Shown: piece by piece, positions 40,745 through 50,919 of the stretch
How positions within the stretch are numbered: the stretch's first letter is position 1
How the letters are laid out: the number at the start of each line of letters is the position of its first letter
Assembly: GCA_963714975.1 (NCBI GenBank)
Contig: CAVQQD010000002.1
Span: 448,001 to 512,000 of the forward strand
Origin: an uncultured Gammaproteobacteria bacterium
GTDB taxonomy: Bacteria > Pseudomonadota > Gammaproteobacteria > JAURND01
Direction: 5' to 3'
DNA length: 64,000 nucleotides
Made by a program: the position numbers and the translations under genes
Notes under the pieces: model-generated
Databases searched by the model: none
What the model was told of the DNA's origin: nothing
The model's input: the letters and a program-made list of their open reading frames with translations, nothing else

Positions 40745-41602
40745 CTACCCTCGCTGGCGTACGGGTGGGGGAGAGGGGATTTCTAAAGCATAGCTGGGGA
40801 TAAATTTGGGCTTAAAGTAGGCTAACTGATAAGTTACCAAGGAGATTAGCAGTAGGGCAATGCAGGAGTAAGCAATCAGGACGTTGTTTCTAGGATACAT
40901 ATTAGCAAAACGTTGCAAATAACCTTGTATTTTCACGGTCTTAAATAATTGATAGGCACATTCGGAAATGATAATGCCGACGATTCCATCCAGCAAAATA
41001 TGAATTTTCAGAGTGAAGGCGCCAATAGACATGCCAATAAACCAAAGTAAATAGATATAACTTAGTAATTTAAATCGTTCAAAGCTATAGCGCAGGATTA
41101 TCCAGCCACTACCGATGTGATACGAGGGAAAAGAATTCCAAGGAGAAGTGATAGACATAATAAATCGAACATTGGCTGTTAGCCAGTCTGTGTCCTGTGT
41201 TTGCCAAAATGTTATAAATCCAGGATCTTCCCATAGTGGAACTTGGGTAGGAAATAGGAAATACAGGGCATAATGAATGGATAGTACTAATAAACAGGTG
41301 AAAAAGATTCGATAAAATAGCAGAAAATTGAGCCTTGATTGAACAATAATGATCCAGGACATCAGAAAAGGAACAATTAAGGCACTGGAATAGAACAATG
41401 ACCAAGAAATTGTAAAATGGATGTTTTTATCGATAGGTGTAGTAATTAACTCGATATAATTTACTTGGCGATAACCGACCAGATCGCCAATAAATCCATA
41501 TTGCGCCCAATAGCAAAGAGTGATAAGAAATAAAACCGCTATTTCTAGAAATCGTAATAATGGGGTTGAATGAGTATTTACGTGTATTTCTTGCTGCAAC
41601 AT
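40745..41602 (-). CDS. PAP2/Aur1 (IPC synthase)-like membrane phosphotransferase
   Basis: Multi-TM; YFLFPT, NSFPSYH and KIHILLD motifs. Confidence 0.65.
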   Translation of the reverse strand: MLQQEIHVNTHSTPLLRFLEIAVLFLITLCYWAQYGFIGDLVGYRQVNYIELITTPIDKNIHFTISWSLFYSSALIVPFLMSWIIIVQSRLNFLLFYRIFFTCLLVLSIHYALYFLFPTQVPLWEDPGFITFWQTQDTDWLTANVRFIMSITSPWNSFPSYHIGSGWIILRYSFERFKLLSYIYLLWFIGMSIGAFTLKIHILLDGIVGIIISECAYQLFKTVKIQGYLQRFANMYPRNNVLIAYSCIALLLISLVTYQLAYFKPKFIPSYALEIPSPPPVRQRG

Positions 41603-41704
41603 GGGCTTTGGTACCTTCGAAATTAGGAGAGAATTATAGCGCTTATCTTTGCTTCGTCAATCCTATATAATCCGTTAACCAATTATCGTTAAGAGGAGAA
41701 TGCT

Positions 41705-42748
41705 ATGCTGCCCACACGTGGTTATGCTGCTGTAAGTGCGGATGCGCCTTTACAAGCTTTTAATTTTGAAAGACGTGAGCTTGGCCCTCACGATGTTTTT
41801 ATTAAGATACTTTATTGTGGCGTTTGCCATTCTGATATCCATCAAGTCCGTAATGAATGGGGGCACACGACCTATCCGGTGGTGCCAGGCCATGAAATTG
41901 TGGGCAAAGTGGCTGGTATAGGCAGTGCGGTTACGAAATTTAAAATAGAAGATATTGTTGGCGTAGGTTGCTTTGTCGATTCTTGTCGGCAATGTCTTAA
42001 CTGCCAAGAAGGTGAAGAGCAATTCTGTGAAAACGGTGTTTCCTATACCTATTGTGGGACAGAGCAGGATAAGAAAACTTCAACTCAAGGGGGTTATTCT
42101 GCACAAATTGTCGTCGATGAGAATTATGTCTTAAAAATTTCTGCAAAATTATCCTTGGCTAATGCTGCCCCGCTGTTGTGTGCAGGCATTACCACCTATG
42201 CACCTTTGAAACGGTTTAAAATAGGGGCTGGTCACAAAGTAGGCATTATTGGGTTAGGTGGTTTAGGCCATATGGCGGTGAAATTTGCTGCTGCTTTTGG
42301 GGCAGAAGTGACTGTTTTTAGTACTTCTGCCGCTAAAGAGGCGGATGCACGCCGTTTTGGAGCCAAGCATTTTGTGCTTACCAACAAACCCGAAACCCTG
42401 CAACCTTTGCTAGGACAGTTTGATTTTATTCTGGATACGGTTTCGGCAAAGCATGACATCAATAGGTATTTAAGTCTGCTTAAACGAGGGGGTACTTTAG
42501 TACTGGTAGGTGTCCCAGAACATCCGTTTGAAGTTCAGCCATTTGCATTACTTGCGAACCGTAGAAGCTTTGCTGGCTCTAATATTGGTGGCATTCGAGA
42601 GACTCAAGAGATGCTAGATTATTGTGCTAAACATAATATTAGTTCAGAAGTCGAAGTAATTCCCATCCACGAAATTGAAGCAGCCTTCGCGCGTACGATT
42701 AAGGGCGATGTGCGTTTTCGATTCGTTATTGATATGGCGAGTTTATAG
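41705..42748 (+). CDS. Zn-dependent NAD(P) alcohol dehydrogenase (cinnamyl-ADH type)
   Basis: CGVCHSD, VPGHEIVG, CRQCLNC, LLCAGITTY, GLGGLG, RFVID. Confidence 0.93.
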   Translation: MLPTRGYAAVSADAPLQAFNFERRELGPHDVFIKILYCGVCHSDIHQVRNEWGHTTYPVVPGHEIVGKVAGIGSAVTKFKIEDIVGVGCFVDSCRQCLNCQEGEEQFCENGVSYTYCGTEQDKKTSTQGGYSAQIVVDENYVLKISAKLSLANAAPLLCAGITTYAPLKRFKIGAGHKVGIIGLGGLGHMAVKFAAAFGAEVTVFSTSAAKEADARRFGAKHFVLTNKPETLQPLLGQFDFILDTVSAKHDINRYLSLLKRGGTLVLVGVPEHPFEVQPFALLANRRSFAGSNIGGIRETQEMLDYCAKHNISSEVEVIPIHEIEAAFARTIKGDVRFRFVIDMASL

Positions 42749-42771
42749 AAAATCCCTTCTCCCCTTGTGGG

Positions 42772-42908
42772 AGCTATCCGATGCACACAAATCGGTCAGC
42801 AATTCCGCTGAAGCCTTGCTCCCCGGCGGGTCCTGCCGGCTGCGGCACCCGCCGGTCTAATGACGGAGCAGCGACAATTGCTGACCGATTTGTGTACATC
42901 GGATAGCT
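42772..42908. mobile_element. Family C MITE (137 bp) inserted within a family A REP
   Basis: 33-bp TIRs agctatccgatgcacacaaatcggtcagcaatt (1 mismatch); second, truncated inverted copy at 62436-62531. Confidence 0.8.
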
Positions 42909-43057
42909 TGTAGCTGAAGGTCGGATGATGGTGCATCATTATTCGGCTTTTAATACGGGAATACGGTATTGGACTTTCATTTAATCAGTTAAGCTTCCTT
43001 GGCTAGTTTGTTACTAGCAATGATAAAACCTATTTTAACTATTAAAGGAGCACACTT

Positions 43058-43378
43058 ATGCTATATCGTATTATTCTTCAGGGCTGTTTGATTTTTTCTT
43101 TGTTGTTTTCAGGACTTGCAGGCGCAGAACCAAGTTCCAAAATGGTTTCTGTGAGTGGGACCCAAGCTTCACCAACCATCAATATTAATATCGCCGACAG
43201 CAATCAGCTGCGAACTCTCAAAGGAGTGGGGGCTAATAAAGCTCAGGCTATTCTCGATTATCGGGCACAACATGGGGCATTTAAATCTGTCGATGAACTA
43301 GCAAATGTCAAAGGCATTGGCGAGAGACGCTTTGCTCAAATACAGAAAAAGAATCCCGGTAGAATTGTAGTGCAGTAG
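43058..43378 (+). CDS. comEA: ComEA-family helix-hairpin-helix DNA-binding protein
   Basis: Signal peptide; ININIAD, LKGVGANKA, GAFKSVDELANVKGIG. Confidence 0.9.
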   Translation: MLYRIILQGCLIFSLLFSGLAGAEPSSKMVSVSGTQASPTININIADSNQLRTLKGVGANKAQAILDYRAQHGAFKSVDELANVKGIGERRFAQIQKKNPGRIVVQ

Positions 43379-43597
43379 TTTTGTTGAGTTCCCTCTCCCG
43401 CAAGCGGGAGAGGATTTTCCAATAAGGCAGGCCCAGGATTGATTCTCCTGTGTGCTGCTCTTGCTTTTCGGTATATAAACAGCAGGCCCTCCTTTGATAC
43501 GGCACAAATGGAGGACTCAACAACTAAATCGGCAGCAGCTTTAACTCAGCTCCAGCAACCGGGTAGAGGCTGATTATTAATGCAAGCCCTTAATCTT

Positions 43598-44803
43598 CTA
43601 TGAGCTCAGTTTTTTCCTTCTGGGAAAATCTGGCATGATCCGTTTCATGAATTCTCCAAATAATGGCACTGTAAAGGCAGTGTCGCCATGTTTTGGGCTA
43701 TAAATCATCCCTTTTTTTATTAAATTATTCCGCAGAGGGGCCACGCTTTGTACATCGAGGCCGAGTTCTTCGGCGATTTCTCCAGATCGTTGAGCGGCAG
43801 CGCCTAATTCAGCAAGCGCTCTGAGATATTCTTTTTCTCTTGGGGTTAAACGGTCAAACCGAACGCGAAAAAAATTTTGGTCGAGCTTTTGAATGGCAGT
43901 AGTTGTGGCTTGTTTTGCCACATCAATGTCTATGGGCGATTTAGTAGCAAGATTCCATGCTGAGTAACCCCATTCTTGAAGAAAATAAGGATAGCCTTCA
44001 GTGACCCGAAGGATTTCATCTAAGGCTTTTTCTGTGAAACTTACTCCTTCTCGCTTAACGGGGGCTTGTAAAGCTACCTTTGCATCTTCCTTTTTTAAAG
44101 GCCCTAATTCTGGAAAGTCAAAAAGTCGCTCGGCATAGGATTTAGCGAGCCCTGTTTTTCTCACAAGTTGGGGTAGTCCAGCCCCAATGAGGACTACTGG
44201 CAGGGATTTTTGTGATAGTTTGTGTTGAGCCATAATAAGTGAACTTAATTCTTCTTCATTTAAATATTGGAGCTCATCAATAATAATAGCGATGGCGGTA
44301 TTACGCGTTTTTGCTGCTTCTCCAATAGCAATAAAAACCTGAGCGAGATCAGCTTCTAAGTCGCCACTGTCAGCGATTCCTTTTTCAGGGTCGATATCCA
44401 AACCTAAATCGATATTTTGGATTTTAATGTTAAGATTAATTCTCGATATAAAGCTTTTTAAAATCCGCAGGGCTCTTTTTACTTTACTATTTACTTCCTT
44501 GTCATCAAGCACGAAAAGTATTCGACGTAGCTCAGGGAGTAATAATTCAGGAAGTAATTTTTTTTCATGAGCTTCTATCATAGCCATTTGATATCCTTCC
44601 AATTCTGCTAATTTAGAAATTTCATGTAAAAGAACAGTCTTACCTGTTCCCCGTAATCCAATAAGTAGAATACTTTTTTCAGCTCGACCACGCTTGACCC
44701 GTGCCAAGGTCATCATAGCCTGTTTTAGAATATCGCTTCTGCCCGCGAGTTCTGGGGGAGGGGTGCCAGCGCCAGGAGAAAAAGGGTTATGTAAGGGATT
44801 CAT
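43598..44803 (-). CDS. AAA ATPase with C-terminal winged helix
   Basis: NPFSPGAG, GLRGTGKT, IIDELQ, SYAERLF, GYPYFLQ, FTVPLF. Confidence 0.85.
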   Translation of the reverse strand: MNPLHNPFSPGAGTPPPELAGRSDILKQAMMTLARVKRGRAEKSILLIGLRGTGKTVLLHEISKLAELEGYQMAMIEAHEKKLLPELLLPELRRILFVLDDKEVNSKVKRALRILKSFISRINLNIKIQNIDLGLDIDPEKGIADSGDLEADLAQVFIAIGEAAKTRNTAIAIIIDELQYLNEEELSSLIMAQHKLSQKSLPVVLIGAGLPQLVRKTGLAKSYAERLFDFPELGPLKKEDAKVALQAPVKREGVSFTEKALDEILRVTEGYPYFLQEWGYSAWNLATKSPIDIDVAKQATTTAIQKLDQNFFRVRFDRLTPREKEYLRALAELGAAAQRSGEIAEELGLDVQSVAPLRNNLIKKGMIYSPKHGDTAFTVPLFGEFMKRIMPDFPRRKKLSS

Positions 44804-44962
44804 TTATAACAACCTTATCTTAGTTTATCAATGTTACTGATTTTATCGAATACATAGATAAGGTCAAGTAATTTAGCTATAAATAGATTTGATAAACTCC
44901 TACCTGCGGCCACTTTCTCCCAAAATCCAAAGGGGAGGGGGTAGGGGGGGGCCCCGCCCGCA

Positions 44963-46462
44963 TCACTTCTTCTGTATAAACCCCACAATGATCAGCATGA
45001 GCATGATTAATAATATCGGGTAACTCCCCATTTTCATCCAGGGGGTACTTCCGATCATGGCATGGATGGTGCCGGTTAATACCGCAACTTGGTACAGGGG
45101 GGCAAAAGCAATTACTTTTCCTTGAGGATTAATAATGGCAGTGATTGCATCATTAGTGCTCATTAAGAGATAACGCCCTGTTTCGAGAGCACGCATTTGT
45201 GCGATTTCAACATGCTGAGCCGCGGCGAAGGATTTTCCGAACCAGCTATCGTCACTCAAAGTAATGAGCAATTGTCCCTCGGGTAAGCTACGCAGGACGA
45301 GTTCTGGAAAGGCGATTTCATAGCAAATATAGGTGGCTACTGGAATGCCATTGGCAATAATTAAAGGTTGATGGTGAGAGCCACTACTGAAATCCGACAT
45401 AGGAATTTGTAAATAATTGCCAAACCACTCGAGTAGAAATCGTAATGGGATATATTCGCCAAATGGCACCAGATGTTGTTTTAAATAAATTCCAGTACCA
45501 TTGCCGATCGCAATTGCGCCATTATAAAAACGATTATCTTGGTCTACAGGAATTCCAGTAATTAAGGCACTATTCTGAGATTTTAATTTATCATTGAGTT
45601 TGTTAATAAACCCTTCCGCTTGGTTCAAGGGATAGGCGATAGCTGCCTCTGGCCAGACAATGATTTGATTATCCTGTAAAGGATAGGTCAGTTTTTCGTA
45701 CAAATTTAAGCTGGCAATAGTATGTGCCTCATCCCATTTTATTTGAGTTGGGATATTTCCTTGGACTAGACTGACTTTAGTAGCTGGACCTATGGGTTGG
45801 GTCCATTGGATGTGGGTTAAGGCGAAACCCAATGACCAAACTCCAATGAACAATACTATGATCATCAGGGTTAGGCCTAATTTTTTTCGGGCAAATACGA
45901 AAAGCACAACCAGCAAACTACTAGAAAATGCTACGGCCCAAGAGATTCCATAGATTCCTGTAACAGGCGCTAAACCTCGTAAAGGGGTGGCAACTTGCGA
46001 ATATCCTAAAAACAGCCAAGGAAAGCCGGTTAATAGCCAAGACCGTACCCATTCAAGTAATACCCATAAATTCGGGAAAATTAATAGTAGTTTAAAAAGG
46101 TTATTTTTAGGAAAAAATTTTGTCAATAAAACCCCCAGCACAGCTGGGAATAAGGCCATAAATAAAATAAGTAATGCAGTCAGAAGAACTGACACGAAAT
46201 GGCTGGCATGGCCAAACACATGTAAACTGACATAAACCCATGAAATACTGATGCCAAAAAAACCTATGCCAAACAGCTCTCCTCTAAGGAAAGCACGAAG
46301 TGGGGAAACCCAAAGCCAGCTGATTAAGAGCAGGGCCGGACACAGGATAGCAAGTGCGTATAGGTTGAAAGGAGCAAAAGCTAAGGATAGGAGTGCACCC
46401 GAAGCTAAAGCACCTAAATCAGCATACCAACGAGCTGGTTTCTTGAGGTCATGAATTTGCAT
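44963..46462 (-). CDS. lnt: Apolipoprotein N-acyltransferase
   Basis: GFPW, VQGNI, WPEAA, KQHLVPFGEY, ICYE, SDDSWFG, RALE. Confidence 0.96.
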   Translation of the reverse strand: MQIHDLKKPARWYADLGALASGALLSLAFAPFNLYALAILCPALLLISWLWVSPLRAFLRGELFGIGFFGISISWVYVSLHVFGHASHFVSVLLTALLILFMALFPAVLGVLLTKFFPKNNLFKLLLIFPNLWVLLEWVRSWLLTGFPWLFLGYSQVATPLRGLAPVTGIYGISWAVAFSSSLLVVLFVFARKKLGLTLMIIVLFIGVWSLGFALTHIQWTQPIGPATKVSLVQGNIPTQIKWDEAHTIASLNLYEKLTYPLQDNQIIVWPEAAIAYPLNQAEGFINKLNDKLKSQNSALITGIPVDQDNRFYNGAIAIGNGTGIYLKQHLVPFGEYIPLRFLLEWFGNYLQIPMSDFSSGSHHQPLIIANGIPVATYICYEIAFPELVLRSLPEGQLLITLSDDSWFGKSFAAAQHVEIAQMRALETGRYLLMSTNDAITAIINPQGKVIAFAPLYQVAVLTGTIHAMIGSTPWMKMGSYPILLIMLMLIIVGFIQKK

Positions 46463-46475
46463 AAATTATTTATTA

Positions 46476-47327
46476 TTATTTTCGTTCTTGATTTAATGGG
46501 CTCGGTAATGTGACTTGTAATAAGCGTATTCTGCGTTTATCTGCATAGAGTACTCTGAATTCAATCTCTTCATACATGACAAATTCATTGCGCTTAGGCA
46601 GGTAGCCAAAGCAGCTAGTGATTAAGCCTCCTACGGTATCGAATTCCTCGTCACTAAAGTTGGTGGAAAAAAAATGATTAAAATCACTAATTTTAGTAAG
46701 TGCATTAAGGGTATATTGCGTTTCATTAATTTGGGAAATAGTACTTGATCCCTCATCGATATCGTATTCATCTTCAATTTCGCCAACAATCAGTTCAAGC
46801 ACATCTTCAATCGTTAACAGGCCGGAAACGCCACCATATTCATCAGCAACAATTGCCATGTGATTACGTGTACCTCGAAATTCTTCTAACAAGACATTCA
46901 GTCGTTTGCTTTCAGGAATAAAAGCGGCTGGCCTTAATAATTGTTTTAAATTGAATTCCTCTTCTTCTTGTTTATGTGAAGTAAAACGCAATAAATCTTT
47001 AGCCAGCAAAATTCCTACCACTTCATCGCGGTTTTCTTTAATGACAGGAAAACGTGAGTGCGCTGAGGAAATGATAATGGGCAAAATTTCCTCTAAAGAT
47101 CCATCCTGAGGAATTACTATCATTTGTGAGCGTGGAATCATGATATCGCGTACATGCATATCATAGACTTGCAGAACCCCTTCCATCATGCGTAGGGCAT
47201 CACGTTCTATAAGATGGTGTTCAACAGCATCTTGTAGACAGGTGAGAAGCTCTTCTTGGTTTTTGGGACGTGAAAGAGCTTGGGCTAAACGTTCTAACCA
47301 AGATTTATTGGATGAGTCATGGTTCAT
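46476..47327 (-). CDS. corC: Mg/Co transport protein CorC (CBS + transporter-associated domain)
   Basis: IMIPRSQM, HSRFPV, LAKDLL, DEYGGVSGLLTIEDVLE, FDTVGG. Confidence 0.94.
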   Translation of the reverse strand: MNHDSSNKSWLERLAQALSRPKNQEELLTCLQDAVEHHLIERDALRMMEGVLQVYDMHVRDIMIPRSQMIVIPQDGSLEEILPIIISSAHSRFPVIKENRDEVVGILLAKDLLRFTSHKQEEEEFNLKQLLRPAAFIPESKRLNVLLEEFRGTRNHMAIVADEYGGVSGLLTIEDVLELIVGEIEDEYDIDEGSSTISQINETQYTLNALTKISDFNHFFSTNFSDEEFDTVGGLITSCFGYLPKRNEFVMYEEIEFRVLYADKRRIRLLQVTLPSPLNQERK

Positions 47328-47330
47328 TTA

Positions 47331-47618
47331 TTACATGTTCTCCTGTGGTGGAGAAGCTACTTCCTGTGCTCCTTTTTTGAGCCGTCGTTTAAGCACGCGC
47401 AGTTCTTGCTTTAATTTTAAGAATGGAAAAATCGTGGTAAGCAATCCAAGTAAGATTCCTAATCCTAATACATACACGAGTAACAAAGAAAGTGAAATCT
47501 GTGTAGTTCCGAGGTAATAATTTAAACGAATAGGACTTGCATTGAGTGCAGCAAAAGTGATTGCAAGTATAATAATAATTAATAAGAAGATGTATGAAAT
47601 AATCCGGGTGATTTTCAT
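47331..47618 (-). CDS. lapA: Lipopolysaccharide assembly protein A (LapA) family
   Basis: Two TM segments flanking FAALN...LNYYLG, basic coiled C-terminus; downstream of rpsA. Confidence 0.8.
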   Translation of the reverse strand: MKITRIISYIFLLIIIILAITFAALNASPIRLNYYLGTTQISLSLLLVYVLGLGILLGLLTTIFPFLKLKQELRVLKRRLKKGAQEVASPPQENM

Positions 47619-47693
47619 GGTTATCCCTTTAAGAAAACTTCCCCCTGACAAAAAGGGGGAATGTTTAACCCCCTTTTTTCAAAGGGGGAATGT

Positions 47694-49376
47694 TTACTTA
47701 GAATCATCCTTGCCTTCAACCTGTTCGCGAAACAAATCACCTAAGGTTGTGTTGACGACGGTATCTTTTTTGCTTGGTGTAGTACGGGTTTCTTTGGGGG
47801 ATTCTTCATTTAATGCCTTTAAAGATAAGCTAAAGACCCCAAATTTACGATCCACTCCAATCAATTTGGCCGTTACTTCTTCTCCGACTTTAAGGAATTC
47901 TTGTACATCCTTGACTGGTTCCGTGCTGATCTCTTGAGCCCGAATATGTCCTTGTAATTCGCCGCCCAAATCGATGACTGCCCGCTTGGTATCTACAGAA
48001 AGTACGTGGCCAGTTACAATTGTTCCTTTGGGATGTTCTTCCAAATATTTCGCAAATGGATCATTTTCTATTTGTTTAATGCCAAGTGAGATGCGTTCTC
48101 GTTCTGGATCAATAGCAAGGATGATGGCATCAATCTGATCTCCCTTGCGGAAGCGACGAATTGCGGCTTCTCCTGACTCTTTCCAGGAAATATCAGATAA
48201 ATGCACTAATCCATCAATACCACCATCCAGGCCGATAAATACGCCAAAATCAGTAATAGACTTGACAGTGCCAGTAACTTTTTCACCTTTATTATGATTA
48301 TGCGCAAACTCTTCCCAAGGATTGGGCTGACATTGCTTCATGCCCAGTGAAATGCGGCGTCGGTCTTCGTCAATTTCTAATACCAGCACTTCCACTTCTT
48401 CACCAGGTTGTACTAATTTAGCTGGATGTACATTCTTGTTAGTCCAGTCCATTTCAGACATATGAACCAAACCTTCAATCCCGTCTTCAATTTGTACAAA
48501 GCAGCCGTAATCTGTGATATTTGTCACTTTGCCAAATAAGCGTGAGTTAACCGGGTAGCGACGTGCGATGTCTGACCATGGGTCTTCACCCAATTGTTTA
48601 AGTCCTAGGGATACGCGTCTCTTTTCTCTGTCGTATTTGAGTACTTTCACTTTGATTTCATCACCGACTTTTAAAATTTCGTTGGGATGTTTTACCCGCT
48701 TCCAGGCCATGTCAGTAATGTGTAATAAACCATCAATGCCACCAAGATCAATAAAGGCGCCGTAATCGGTAATGTTTTTGACTACTCCTACAAATTCTTG
48801 CCCTTCTTGTAGGGTTTCTAGTAATACTTGGCGTTCACTACCGGCTTCTTCTTCCACTACAGCGCGGCGGGAGACCACAACGTTATTACGTTTTTGATCC
48901 ATCTTGATGACTTTGAGTTCTAAGCTTTTTCCTTCAAGAATCGAAGTTTCACGCGCTGCTGAGCGGGCATCAACCAGAGAACCAGGTAAAAATGCACGAA
49001 CTGAGTCAAGATCAACTGTGAATCCACCTTTGACTCGTTCAGTGACTAAACCTAGTACAGTTTCGCCTGCTTCATAGGCTTTTTCTAATTTTTGCCATGC
49101 TTCAGTGCGTCGGGCTTTTTCTCGGGATACACGAGTGGACCCATGACCATCTTCTAAAGCCTCTACCACAACCGCAACTTCATTACCTATCTGGATGGTT
49201 TCGCCACGAAATTCTTCTTTGGGAATAAAAGCATCGGACTTAAGTCCTGTGCTGACGACCACGGCGTCTGGGGTAACATTAATAATCTTGGCATTAACAG
49301 TTGTTCCTGGCCGAATATTGGCGCTGACAAGGGATTCCTCTAATAAATCAGCAAAGCTCTCGCTGGATGCGTTCAT
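47694..49376 (-). CDS. rpsA: 30S ribosomal protein S1
   Basis: Six S1 repeats; [34 protein letters not shown]. Confidence 0.98.
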   Translation of the reverse strand: MNASSESFADLLEESLVSANIRPGTTVNAKIINVTPDAVVVSTGLKSDAFIPKEEFRGETIQIGNEVAVVVEALEDGHGSTRVSREKARRTEAWQKLEKAYEAGETVLGLVTERVKGGFTVDLDSVRAFLPGSLVDARSAARETSILEGKSLELKVIKMDQKRNNVVVSRRAVVEEEAGSERQVLLETLQEGQEFVGVVKNITDYGAFIDLGGIDGLLHITDMAWKRVKHPNEILKVGDEIKVKVLKYDREKRRVSLGLKQLGEDPWSDIARRYPVNSRLFGKVTNITDYGCFVQIEDGIEGLVHMSEMDWTNKNVHPAKLVQPGEEVEVLVLEIDEDRRRISLGMKQCQPNPWEEFAHNHNKGEKVTGTVKSITDFGVFIGLDGGIDGLVHLSDISWKESGEAAIRRFRKGDQIDAIILAIDPERERISLGIKQIENDPFAKYLEEHPKGTIVTGHVLSVDTKRAVIDLGGELQGHIRAQEISTEPVKDVQEFLKVGEEVTAKLIGVDRKFGVFSLSLKALNEESPKETRTTPSKKDTVVNTTLGDLFREQVEGKDDSK

Positions 49377-49421
49377 AATAAGTTATTTCCGAATTAAACG
49401 TTGTTTCATTTTGATTACTTA

Positions 49422-49514
49422 CGTCGTCCTGGCATGGATGCCAGGATCCAGTTCACAAGGATGTGAAAGCATTGCTTCCTGCGAACTGGATCCCTGCATC
49501 CTGCAGGGACGACG
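49422..49514. repeat. Family B palindromic element upstream of rpsA
   Basis: cgtcgtcctggcatggatgccaggatccag...ctggatccctgcatcctgcagggacgacg. Confidence 0.85.
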
Positions 49515-49714
49515 GTTACGAAAAATCTTTCGAAAATATGCACGAAAGCATACACAATAAACACTAACAATGAGGTGGCAACGAAGGAGGGCTATAAGAG
49601 CAAAGTAGAAATTGTTTGTCATGTAGTATTCAATGTTTAGACTGTGCTCATGGTTTGTTTTAGTGTTTATCTCGAAAGACCCCTTGAGCTGTAAATTCAA
49701 CAGCTCTTCAATGA

Positions 49715-50878
49715 TTATTGCCAGCTTTGCACCAGAATTTCCACGGGTTGCATAACCTGAGAAAGCACTTGCTCCACATCCAGATGAGTTGTGTCAATTA
49801 CTAAAGCATCATCAGCGGGCTTAAGTGGTGCTGTGTTACGCTCTTGATCGCGGGCATCACGCTGGATCAAATCTCGCAAAATCTCCGCAAGACTAGCATG
49901 GACACCTTGTTTTTTCAACTGATTAAATCGTCTTTTTGCACGTTCATCCGATGTTGCTTGCAAGAAGAATTTCAAATTAGCATCAGGAAAAATAACGGTT
50001 CCCATATCCCGGCCATCTGTTACCAGCCCAGGCCATTGTCGAAAGGCACGTTGCTTTTCTAACAAAGCATGGCGAACTAAGGGCAATACCGCAATTTTTG
50101 AGGCAGTAATACCGCATTGCTCAGTACGAATAGCCGAGGTGATGTTCTCCCCAGATAAAAAGATGCAGGTAGTATCCTCTTCCTCAGTAAAATGCGCGTC
50201 TAAAGAATAGGCCAAGTCTTGTAGCTTGGCTTCATTCTCTAGATCTATTGACTTAAGTAGGGCGCTGTAAGCTAATATCCGATAAAGTGAGCCACTATCT
50301 AAGTAGTGCCACCCTAATTTTTTAGCTAATTGCCGACTTATGGTGCCCTTTCCTGTGCCGCTTGGTCCATCAAAAGTAATGACAGGCGGAAATTCTTCAA
50401 CTGGTTCCTTGCAAAGTGCTAGTAAGCCTTCTAAAGCCACTTGGACTGTTTTAGCTCTTACGGTTTGTCGGTCGCCGTGAAAAAGATGGTGTTGGACTTG
50501 CGTTGGAAAGTCCCTCCTCGCAAAAGCGATCCATACCGTTCCTATGGGCTTATTCTCAAACCCGCCTTCAGGGCCCGCGATGCCAGTTGTGCTTACGGCG
50601 ATTTGGGCCTGACTTGAGTTCAGAGCTCCTTCAGCCATTTCTTTAGCAGTGGCTTCACTCACTGCTCCCTCTCGAGTTAGAGTAGCAGTGCTAACTCCGA
50701 GCATTTCTTGTTTTGCAGTGTTGCTGTAGCAGACAAATCCTCGATCGAACCATTGCGAACTTCCTGGAATTGAGGTTACAGTTTCTGCAATCCCGCCCCC
50801 AGTACAAGATTCTGCGGTGGTTAGTAGCCAAGATTTTTTTTTTAATGCCTTGCCTAATTGTTCAGTGAGTTCTAACAT
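49715..50878 (-). CDS. cmk: CinA/PncC (NMN deamidase) - cytidylate kinase fusion
   Basis: N-terminal TAESCTGG, GSSQWF, YSN, GAVS, TGIAGP; C-terminal DGPSGTGKGT, LDSGSLYR, DGRDMGTV, RDARD. Confidence 0.88.
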   Translation of the reverse strand: MLELTEQLGKALKKKSWLLTTAESCTGGGIAETVTSIPGSSQWFDRGFVCYSNTAKQEMLGVSTATLTREGAVSEATAKEMAEGALNSSQAQIAVSTTGIAGPEGGFENKPIGTVWIAFARRDFPTQVQHHLFHGDRQTVRAKTVQVALEGLLALCKEPVEEFPPVITFDGPSGTGKGTISRQLAKKLGWHYLDSGSLYRILAYSALLKSIDLENEAKLQDLAYSLDAHFTEEEDTTCIFLSGENITSAIRTEQCGITASKIAVLPLVRHALLEKQRAFRQWPGLVTDGRDMGTVIFPDANLKFFLQATSDERAKRRFNQLKKQGVHASLAEILRDLIQRDARDQERNTAPLKPADDALVIDTTHLDVEQVLSQVMQPVEILVQSWQ

Positions 50879-50919
50879 AATTATCTTTTAATAATAAAGT
50901 GCCTTGTTAGAATACCCTT

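Noticed and set aside
49195-49700. ORFs 49195-49560 and 49419-49700
   Set aside because: They are antisense to rpsA or run through the family B repeat, with no recognisable protein features.
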